In this document: positions 39,976 to 47,757 of the stretch, piece by piece
Position numbering within the stretch: position 1 is the stretch's first letter
How the letters are laid out: each line of letters opens with the position of its first letter
DNA from: a bacterium
GTDB lineage: Bacteria; Patescibacteriota; Minisyncoccia; UBA6257; GWB1-50-10
DNA length: 57,923 nt
NCBI GenBank assembly: GCA_021824045.1
Contig: JAKALR010000002.1
Location: 1-57,923 of the forward strand
Direction: 5' to 3'
Translations under genes and position numbers: made by a program
The notes under the pieces: model-generated
The model's input: only the letters and a program-made list of their open reading frames with translations
The model's database searches: none
Told to the model about the DNA's origin: nothing

Positions 39976-40078
39976 CCCGTTAGAAATAAACACGCAATTT
40001 ATTTATATCGTTATTATGAATCGGTTCAATGCAACAGCTTTTCCAGTCGGCCGAGTTATTTAGTTTATTTCTAACGGG
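39976..40078 (+). mobile_element. Start-codon mini-element, copy 8 (103 bp), at the glyQS start
   Basis: ATGGAT-CCCGTTAGAAATAAAC...GTTTATTTCTAACGGG-ATGGAT. uORF 39970-40074. Confidence 0.85.
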
Positions 40079-41416
40079 ATGGATATTGGGGAAAAAATAA
40101 CTGCTCTCGCGAAGCGCCGGGGGTTCGTATACCCGGGTTCCGAGATCTACGGCGGGCTTGCCGGCACGTGGGATTACGGGCCTTTGGGCGTCGAATTGAA
40201 GCGCAATTTGAAGAACGAGTTTTGGAAATCGATGGTGCAGGAGCGGAGCGATATCGTGGGACTCGACGCCGCGATCATCATGAGCCCGAAGGTGTGGGAA
40301 GCCTCCGGCCACTTGACGTCGTTTTCCGATCCGCTCGTCGAGTGCAAAAAATGCCATCACCGTTTCCGCGCTGATACCCTGATTTCTAAACCCGGAACCC
40401 CAAACCCTGTGGCTTGCCCCGATTGCGGCGGGGAACTCACCGCCCCCAAGCAGTTCAATTTGATGGTGGAAACCTATCTCGGCGTCATTGAGGGAGAAAA
40501 ACTGAAGACATATCTCCGGGGAGAGATTACGCAAGGCGTGCACGTCAATTTCAAAAACATCCTCTCGTCCACGCGCGTCAAAATTCCCTTCGGCGTCGCG
40601 CAAATCGGCAAAGCATTCCGGAACGAGATAACACCCGGCGGTTTCACGTTCCGATCGCGCGAGTTCGAACAAATGGAACTCCAGTACTATGTGAAGCCGG
40701 ACATGAAGGAATCCATGAAGCAGTTTGAGTATTGGAAAAAGGAAAGGATGGCTTGGTATGTCTCGCTCGGCATGAAGAAGGGGAACTTGCGGTTCAAGGA
40801 GCATGCCAAGGACGAGTTGGCGCATTATGCAAAAGCCGCTTTTGATATCGAGTACTATGCCGAAGGGGAATGGAAAGAAATGGAAGGAATCCACCACCGC
40901 GGCGACTGGGACGTGCGGCGCCACCAGGAGTTTTCGGGCGAGGATATGACGTACCTCGACGAAGAGGCCAAGGAAAAATTCCTTCCCTTCATCATTGAAA
41001 CATCCGGCGGCGTCGATCGGGCGGCGCTCTTCTTCCTCATGGACGCCTATGAAGAGGAAAAAACAAAAGATGGGGAAACGAGGACGGTGCTCCATTTGCA
41101 TCCCAAGCTTGCGCCGTACAAAGTTGCCGTGTTTCCGCTCTTGGCGAATAAACCAAAGCTCGTCGACGTCGCAAGGAAAATTTATGACGATCTGAAAAAA
41201 GATATGATGGTTGCCTGGGACGACCGGGGGAACATCGGCAAGCGGTACCGCGCGCAGGACGAAGCCGGTACCCCCTATTGCGTTACCGTCGATTTCGACA
41301 GTTTGGAAAGTCCGCCGGCCGGCGGAGATGTCACGGTCCGCGACCGCGATACCATGAAACAGGAACGGGTGAAGATTAAGGCACTCGGCGATTATTTGAA
41401 AGAAAAATTAATATAA
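40079..41416 (+). CDS. glyQS: Glycine--tRNA ligase (homodimeric type)
   Basis: KRRGF...EIYGG...DYGPLG, FRNEITP, REFEQME and IGKRYRAQDE.GTPY. Confidence 0.97.
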   Translation: MDIGEKITALAKRRGFVYPGSEIYGGLAGTWDYGPLGVELKRNLKNEFWKSMVQERSDIVGLDAAIIMSPKVWEASGHLTSFSDPLVECKKCHHRFRADTLISKPGTPNPVACPDCGGELTAPKQFNLMVETYLGVIEGEKLKTYLRGEITQGVHVNFKNILSSTRVKIPFGVAQIGKAFRNEITPGGFTFRSREFEQMELQYYVKPDMKESMKQFEYWKKERMAWYVSLGMKKGNLRFKEHAKDELAHYAKAAFDIEYYAEGEWKEMEGIHHRGDWDVRRHQEFSGEDMTYLDEEAKEKFLPFIIETSGGVDRAALFFLMDAYEEEKTKDGETRTVLHLHPKLAPYKVAVFPLLANKPKLVDVARKIYDDLKKDMMVAWDDRGNIGKRYRAQDEAGTPYCVTVDFDSLESPPAGGDVTVRDRDTMKQERVKIKALGDYLKEKLI

Positions 41417-41421
41417 AACAA

Positions 41422-42690
41422 ATGACAAAACCGCAGAAATTCAAGTTGAAGAACGGTCTCCGGGTGATTTTGGTGCCGGAGCCGCAGAACCTGACGACGA
41501 CCGTCATGGTTTCCGTCGAAGCCGGTTCGGAATACGAGACAAAGAATATCAACGGCCTCTCGCATTTCCTGGAGCACATGTGCTTCAAGGGGACGCACAA
41601 GCGGCCGACGGCGATGGATATCGCTTCCGAGCTCGACGGGCTCGGGGCTCAGTACAACGCATTCACGTCCCAGGAGTTCACGAGTTACTACGCCAAGGCG
41701 AAGAACGAAAATGCCGGCGAGATACTGGACGTTGTCGCCGATATGTATCTGGACCCGACGTTCGAACACGGCGAGATAGAGAAAGAACGCGGCGTCATTA
41801 TTCAAGAGCTCAATATGTACGAAGACACCCCCATGCGGAAGGTGGCAGATCTCTTCATGGATGTCGTCTACGGCGATCAGCCGGCCGGATGGGATATCGG
41901 CGGAAGCAAGGACGTTATCAGGAAACTTACCCGGGATGATTTCGTCAAGTATCGAAGTAAGCACTACCTCCCGCAATCGACAGTCGTGACGATTTCCGGC
42001 GGCCGCGCGACGAAAGAATTATTGCAGAAAGCCGAAGGGTACTTCAAGGAATTGCCGAGCGGGAAAAAGGGGACGAAGCCGAAAACGAAAGAATCGCAAA
42101 AAAAGCCGGCGGAACTCGTCTCGTTCAAGGATGTTGATCAATCACATTTGGTTTTGGGATTCAGGGCATTCGATGTGTACGACGAGCGGAAATATGCCCT
42201 GCAGGTTGCCGCCGATATCCTGGGCGGCGGCATGAGCTCGCGGCTGTTCCAGAAGGTGCGGGAAGAACTCGGCGCCGCGTATTACGTGCGGGCCGACGCA
42301 GACCTTTATCTCGACCACGGCCTCTTTGCAATGGCTGCCGGCGTGGAGCATGAGAAAATCGACATGGTATTGAAAGCGACGTTGAAAGAATTTGACCGGT
42401 TGAAAGAAGAAAAAGTTGGCATTCAGGAATTGAAGCGCGCCAAGGAACATCTGATCGGGAATTTATTCATGTCCCTCGAAGGATCCGATGAGCTGGGATC
42501 CTTCTACGCGGCCCAGGAGATCTTTGGTTTAAAACTCTCGACGCCGCAGGAATTCGCGAAAAAGATCGACCGGGTGACGATAGATCAAATCCAAAGCGTT
42601 CTGCGGCAGATTGTGAAGAGGAATCGGCTGAACTTGGCCGTCATCGGACCCTTTAAGAAACGCAGTTTTCTTGATATATTAAAAGGGTGA
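41422..42690 (+). CDS. M16 family zinc peptidase
   Basis: HFLEH inverted zinc motif, NAFTS and GGMSSRLFQKVRE. Confidence 0.95.
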   Translation: MTKPQKFKLKNGLRVILVPEPQNLTTTVMVSVEAGSEYETKNINGLSHFLEHMCFKGTHKRPTAMDIASELDGLGAQYNAFTSQEFTSYYAKAKNENAGEILDVVADMYLDPTFEHGEIEKERGVIIQELNMYEDTPMRKVADLFMDVVYGDQPAGWDIGGSKDVIRKLTRDDFVKYRSKHYLPQSTVVTISGGRATKELLQKAEGYFKELPSGKKGTKPKTKESQKKPAELVSFKDVDQSHLVLGFRAFDVYDERKYALQVAADILGGGMSSRLFQKVREELGAAYYVRADADLYLDHGLFAMAAGVEHEKIDMVLKATLKEFDRLKEEKVGIQELKRAKEHLIGNLFMSLEGSDELGSFYAAQEIFGLKLSTPQEFAKKIDRVTIDQIQSVLRQIVKRNRLNLAVIGPFKKRSFLDILKG

Positions 42691-42832
42691 CCAGGTAGTA
42701 GAAATGCGATAAGATTAAATTCAAATCGTGCTTAATGCCTGGATTACCAAACAATGGAAAGGTCTTCAATTCATGATTTGTGTTTGCAAGCGAATTTAAT
42801 CACGATTTGCAATCGCATTTTCACTAACCTGG
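42691..42832 (+). mobile_element. Inverted-repeat mini-element (142 bp) inserted in a GTGA stop/start overlap
   Basis: CCAGGTAGTAGAAATGCGAT...ATCGCATTTTCACTAACCTGG; (G)GGTGA repeated on both sides. Confidence 0.7.
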
Positions 42833-42833
42833 G

Positions 42834-43865
42834 GTGAGTCAGTCACCGCAAAAATTAGAAGTCAGCTGGACGGCGCTCTGGCGTGTTTTCATTTTCGTTG
42901 GATTCGGACTCCTCTTGTATTTCGCGCGGGACGCTTTCGCGGTCTTTCTCGTCGGCGTCGTTTTGTCGCTTGGCATGGAACCAGTCGTCGGTTTTTTGAG
43001 CGATAAGTTGAAACTGGGGAGGATTCTCGGCACGATCGCCGTTTTCTTCCTCTCGGTTTCTTTCGTGGGCCTCTTCCTCTATCTCATCATTCCCGTCCTC
43101 ATTGTCGAATTTACCGGCTTCGTCGCGCGGCTGAACCAGATCATCCCCACGCTGCCGGGGATCAAGTTCGTGCTCCCTTCCGTTCAAAACGTCCAATCGG
43201 GATTGGGCCAGATCTCCACGTTCCTCTCATCGGTTAATTTTTCCGTCACGGCGACATTTTGGTCGCTCATCACGAATATCGTTCTCGTTTTCTCCGCCAT
43301 CATCGTCACGCTGTACCTGTCGGTGGAACGGCATGGCGCCGAGCGGATGCTCGAAGTCATCCTGCCCGACTCCTACGAACGTTCGGTGATGACCGTTTTC
43401 AAGAATTATGAGCAGAAGATGAGGAGATGGTTCGCGACTCAGCTGACCTTGAGCATTTTCGTCGGCACAGCCGTTTTTCTCGGTATGTTTATGATTGGTG
43501 TCAGATATCCGATTCTCTTGGGCGTTATCGCCGGCGTTTTGGAGATCGTGCCGATCGTCGGTCCAATCATCACGGGACTTCTGGCGTTCGTCATTGCCGC
43601 ATCAGATTCCGTCAGTATCGCCATCTACGCGGTTGTCTTCTTTCTGCTCGTTCAACAGCTGGAAAACCATGTTTTAATACCGCTCTTCGTCGGCAAAGGT
43701 ATGCGGGTGCACCCCGTGATTGTCCTAGTCTCGGTTCTCGCGGGAGGCGAGATTGCCGGATTCACGGGGGTGCTCCTTTCAGTGCCCATCGCGGTCCTCG
43801 TTCAGGAGATCTTCAACTACCTCGCCGAGCGCAAATCGAAGCGGCTGGAATTAGACCTTGAGTAA
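42834..43865 (+). CDS. AI-2E (PerM) family transporter
   Basis: Multi-TM protein; VPIVGP, QQLENHVLIP, VHP and G..G.LLSVP; GTG start. Confidence 0.92.
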   Translation: MSQSPQKLEVSWTALWRVFIFVGFGLLLYFARDAFAVFLVGVVLSLGMEPVVGFLSDKLKLGRILGTIAVFFLSVSFVGLFLYLIIPVLIVEFTGFVARLNQIIPTLPGIKFVLPSVQNVQSGLGQISTFLSSVNFSVTATFWSLITNIVLVFSAIIVTLYLSVERHGAERMLEVILPDSYERSVMTVFKNYEQKMRRWFATQLTLSIFVGTAVFLGMFMIGVRYPILLGVIAGVLEIVPIVGPIITGLLAFVIAASDSVSIAIYAVVFFLLVQQLENHVLIPLFVGKGMRVHPVIVLVSVLAGGEIAGFTGVLLSVPIAVLVQEIFNYLAERKSKRLELDLE

Positions 43866-45353
43866 ATGGACAAAAAGAACTTTTATCTTACCACCACACT
43901 CCCGTATGTGAATGCGGCGCCGCACATCGGTTTTGCCCTGGAACTCGTCCAGGCGGACATTATCGCTCGCTGCCGCAGAAAAGCGGGCGATGATGTCGTC
44001 TTCAATACCGGCACGGATGAGCACGGGCAGAAGATCTATCAAAACGCCGAGAAGGAAGGGAAAAACGTGCGGGACTACGTGCGGGAGAATGCCGAGAAGT
44101 TCAGAGAGCTGGCGGAGAAGCTCGACATCAGCTTCACGAATTTCATCCGGACGACCGATGAGTCTCACATGAAAGCAGCGCAGGAGTTTTGGCGTCGGTG
44201 CGACGCGACGGGAGATATCTACAAGAAGAACTACCAAATAAAATATTGCGTCGGATGCGAGTTGGAAAAAACGGAATCCGAACTCGTGGACGGCAGGTGC
44301 CCAATCCATCCGAATATGAAGCTTGAAATCATCGAGGAAGAGAACTATTTCTTCCGGTTTTCAAAATACCAAAACCAACTTCTTGAATTGTACGAGAAGT
44401 ATCCGGATTTCATCGTGCCGGCCCACCGGCTGACGGAAATGAGGAATTTCGTCACGGCGGGACTCCAGGATTTCAGCATTTCACGCCTGAAGAGCAAGAT
44501 GCCGTGGGGCGTGCCGGTGCCGGGCGACGACAACCAGGTGATGTATGTCTGGTTCGATGCGCTCGTCAATTACGTTTCGACGCTCGGCTGGCCCCCCTCC
44601 GCCGAGGCTACGGAGGGCAAACTGTCCCCATTTGAGAGATTTTGGGGGACGAAAGAACATCCGAACGCTTTCCAGGTCGCGGGCAAGGATAATTTACGCC
44701 AGCAGGCGGCAATATGGCAGGCAATGCTTCTGTCGGCCGGCCTTCCGACGTCGCGGCAAATTTTAATCCACGGGTTTATCAACTCAAACGGCCAAAAAAT
44801 GTCAAAGAGCTTGGGAAACGTCGTCGACCCGTTCGAGGTCATCGCAAAATACGGCACGGACGCTCTCCGCTTCTGGCTCGCGCACGACTTAAATCCTTTT
44901 GAAGACGGTGATTTTACGTGGGACAAGTTCAAGGAAAGTTACAATGCCCATCTTGCAAACGGCTTAGGTAATTTCGCTGCGCGCGTTTTGACGCTCGGAG
45001 AGAAAACAAAGATTGACCGTTTAATGTCCTTAACTCCGGTTGTGGATCAGAACATTTCTCAAGCAAGGCGAACGGTGGAAGAAAAAACGGGGGTATATAA
45101 ATTCAATGAAGCATTGGAAGCAATCACAAATCTCGTTTCATTTGGAGACGCTTACGTGAACGAAAAAAAACCGTGGGAAACGTCGGATATCGCGGTGCTA
45201 TTCGACTTGATATCCATTTTAGATAACGTTGCGGCGATGCTCGAACCCTTCTTGCCGGGAACGGCTCAAAAGATAACGAAGAACATTCAGTGGGACAAGA
45301 GCGGCACGGTGAAAGTAAAGAAGGGAGAAATTCTTTTTCCGCGGATCAAATGA
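43866..45353 (+). CDS. metG: Methionine--tRNA ligase
   Basis: [24 protein letters not shown] and KMSKS. Confidence 0.97.
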   Translation: MDKKNFYLTTTLPYVNAAPHIGFALELVQADIIARCRRKAGDDVVFNTGTDEHGQKIYQNAEKEGKNVRDYVRENAEKFRELAEKLDISFTNFIRTTDESHMKAAQEFWRRCDATGDIYKKNYQIKYCVGCELEKTESELVDGRCPIHPNMKLEIIEEENYFFRFSKYQNQLLELYEKYPDFIVPAHRLTEMRNFVTAGLQDFSISRLKSKMPWGVPVPGDDNQVMYVWFDALVNYVSTLGWPPSAEATEGKLSPFERFWGTKEHPNAFQVAGKDNLRQQAAIWQAMLLSAGLPTSRQILIHGFINSNGQKMSKSLGNVVDPFEVIAKYGTDALRFWLAHDLNPFEDGDFTWDKFKESYNAHLANGLGNFAARVLTLGEKTKIDRLMSLTPVVDQNISQARRTVEEKTGVYKFNEALEAITNLVSFGDAYVNEKKPWETSDIAVLFDLISILDNVAAMLEPFLPGTAQKITKNIQWDKSGTVKVKKGEILFPRIK

Positions 45354-45354
45354 T

Positions 45355-46296
45355 ATGGAGGTAAAATTTTTCGATGCACACACGCACGCCCATTTCGCCG
45401 CGTTCAAAGATGATTATAGAGAAACAATCCGCCGGGCGCTCGTCACCGGTATTGGCTTGGTGAACGTGGGAACCCAGCGGGACACGTCGCGCCGCGCCGT
45501 CGAGGTAGCGCATGAATTCGAGAACGAGCCGGTTTATGCCGCGATAGGTCTCCACCCTATCCATACCGCGAAGTCGCATCACGACGAGAACGAACTCGGC
45601 GGCGGCGAATCGGCGAAAGCGTTTACGAGCCGGGGCGAAGAGTTCGATTATGAGTATTACAAAAAGCTGGCACTCGATCCGAAGACAGTCGCAATTGGGG
45701 AATGCGGACTCGACTATGCCGCTTTTGTCCGCGAGGAACACGAGCGGCTACAAAAGCGAGCATCCGCCGAAGCCTCGCGCGAAGGCGGATTAACTGATGA
45801 TGAGATAAAACTACGGAAGGAAAAACAAATCGTTGCCTTCATTGAGCAAATAAAACTGGCGCATGATGTCGGGAAACCCCTGATGATCCATTGCCGGGAC
45901 GCCTTTAAGGATTTAATCGATATGCTCACCGCTAATCACCAAATACTGAATACCAATAACCCCGGTATCATTCACTTCTTCACCGGGACGACGGACGACG
46001 CGAAAAAACTTTTGGATTTAGGATTCAGTTTCACATTCGGCGGCACGGTGACGTACCCGCCGAAGGCCGGGATGCCGGACTATAGAGCGCTCGTAAAATA
46101 CCTCCCCCCCGACCGGATCCTCTCGGAAACCGACGCGCCGTACGTCGCTCCCGTCCCGCACCGGGGGAAGCGGAACGAACCCGCATACGTCGTGGAAACG
46201 GTGAAGAAACTTGCTGAGATTAAAGGAATTTCCCTCGAAGCAATGGCGGGGCAGATTTTGAAAAACGCGGAGCGGATTTTCGGAATACAAAAATAA
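45355..46296 (+). CDS. tatD: TatD family hydrolase
   Basis: DAHTH, GLHP, AIGECGLD, IHCRDA, ETDAPY and RGKRNEP. Confidence 0.95.
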   Translation: MEVKFFDAHTHAHFAAFKDDYRETIRRALVTGIGLVNVGTQRDTSRRAVEVAHEFENEPVYAAIGLHPIHTAKSHHDENELGGGESAKAFTSRGEEFDYEYYKKLALDPKTVAIGECGLDYAAFVREEHERLQKRASAEASREGGLTDDEIKLRKEKQIVAFIEQIKLAHDVGKPLMIHCRDAFKDLIDMLTANHQILNTNNPGIIHFFTGTTDDAKKLLDLGFSFTFGGTVTYPPKAGMPDYRALVKYLPPDRILSETDAPYVAPVPHRGKRNEPAYVVETVKKLAEIKGISLEAMAGQILKNAERIFGIQK

Positions 46297-46373
46297 AAAA
46301 GCGACGTATTACTACGCCGCTCAATTGCTTATTCCTCACTACTTGCCGACTTTTCCCGGTCGGTACGGTTTTA

Positions 46374-46715
46374 TTAGTGACTGTTTGCCACAATTAACAG
46401 TACAACGAAAATCACTATCGGAAATAGGAAAAGGGAAAAACCTATACCGCGGATCATGGCCGATGTCGGTTTTTGATCGGTTACCTCATACGGAATGTTT
46501 CCGCTACCGGTTCTCTCCCAGTGTGTTACAGCGTACTTCGTCGAGGTCATACTCATAATGAACCCCGTGAACCACGCCACTAATAATGCCGTAAGTGCAA
46601 TCCCGGAAAGGTCCTGACTTTGATATATCACCCCCGAATACACGCCTGCCGCAAGAAGCAGTACGACTAGAGCCCCCACTAGCCATCCTTTCCAAAAGCC
46701 AGAGAGTTTCATCAT
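46374..46715 (-). CDS. Small hypothetical membrane protein
   Basis: 113 aa with three TM segments; AAGGAGGT SD; AT-rich upstream region. Confidence 0.7.
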   Translation of the reverse strand: MMKLSGFWKGWLVGALVVLLLAAGVYSGVIYQSQDLSGIALTALLVAWFTGFIMSMTSTKYAVTHWERTGSGNIPYEVTDQKPTSAMIRGIGFSLFLFPIVIFVVLLIVANSH

Positions 46716-46862
46716 AACCTCCTTAAATTATTAATTAATATAGAAGAAAATTTTAATTTTATATTTCCCCTAATTTTCTAGGTAAATTTTAACACAAAAG
46801 AACATTAAAGTCAATATGTAAATATCCTCATCAATGCCGCATAATACGGTGGATATACAACT

Positions 46863-47534
46863 ATGCAGGCAGTCATTTTAGCCGCCGGTTTGGGAACCCG
46901 GATGCGAGAGCTTACATCCTCGACGCCGAAGCCGCTCCTCAAAATCGGCGATAAGACGCTCTTGGAATACAAGCTCCAGAATCTTCCCGACGAGATCGAC
47001 GAGGTAGTCATGGTCATCGGATACCTCGGCGACCAGATCAAGTCGACCTTCGACGGAGTGTACGCCGGCAAAAAAATAACCTATATTGAGCAAAAGGAAC
47101 TCAAGGGTACGGGCCATGCTCTTTCGCTTTGCCAATCCTTATTGAAGGGCAGGTTTCTCGTTTTGATGGGGGATGATTTATATGCCAAAGAAGATCTGGA
47201 AAAACTGGTAAGCTATCCCTTGTCCGTTTTGGCGTGCGAACTCGACCGAGATATCCCCGGCGAAAAGAGAGCCGAGATAAAAGTCGATTCTTACGGAAGG
47301 GTCATTGAGATAAATGAAAGCGCGCTGGCGCTTAAGGGAATACTTGAAAACGCGGCGGCCTACGTCTTGGACAAAAGCTATTTCGATTATCCGCTTAAAC
47401 CGGCCGATTCAAACTCGAAGGAGTTCGGTTTGCCGCAGACCATGACTCAAATGGTTAAGGACGGCAAAGACATCAAGATAGTTAAAGCGACGTGGTGGAA
47501 GAAGGTGAGCGCGCCGGAAGACCTCACCTTCTAG
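46863..47534 (+). CDS. Sugar-phosphate nucleotidyltransferase family protein
   Basis: AVILAAGLGTRM...PKPLL, GTGHAL and FLVLMGDD. Confidence 0.92.
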   Translation: MQAVILAAGLGTRMRELTSSTPKPLLKIGDKTLLEYKLQNLPDEIDEVVMVIGYLGDQIKSTFDGVYAGKKITYIEQKELKGTGHALSLCQSLLKGRFLVLMGDDLYAKEDLEKLVSYPLSVLACELDRDIPGEKRAEIKVDSYGRVIEINESALALKGILENAAAYVLDKSYFDYPLKPADSNSKEFGLPQTMTQMVKDGKDIKIVKATWWKKVSAPEDLTF

Positions 47535-47544
47535 ATTACCGAGC

Positions 47545-47700
47545 GCCTCCGCGTTGTTCAAATTTCTCGCAGACCCGCGTCGGTCCGCCCCAGCCGGCGG
47601 CCCGCGCTTATCCTCGACCTCGCTCCCCTTCGACTTCGCTCAGGGACCATGCCCGCTCGGTCTCCGAATGGTCCGCTCGAAACTTGAGTAACGCGACGGC
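47545..47700. repeat. Structured inverted-repeat element with nested hairpins
   Basis: Imperfect ~31-bp terminal stem GCCTCCGCGTTGTTCAAATTTC.../...GAAACTTGAGTAACGCGACGGC; internal CCCTTCGACTTCGCTCAGGG hairpin. Confidence 0.55.
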
Positions 47701-47757
47701 AATAGGGGCATGGGAATCCTTTTAAAAGAGGTCTTTTTTGGTTACTATAGTTAAATC

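Noticed and set aside
3689..40078. The GTTAGA/TCTAAC repeats as integron attC sites
   Set aside because: attC runs RYYYAAC...GTTRRRY and follows cassette genes. Here the order is reversed, the copies precede start codons of core genes, and no intI is present.
47535..47757. T-box riboswitch upstream of leuS
   Set aside because: No T-box consensus (GGTGGNACCGCG) or specifier stem is visible, and leuS has a -10-like hexamer just before its ATG.
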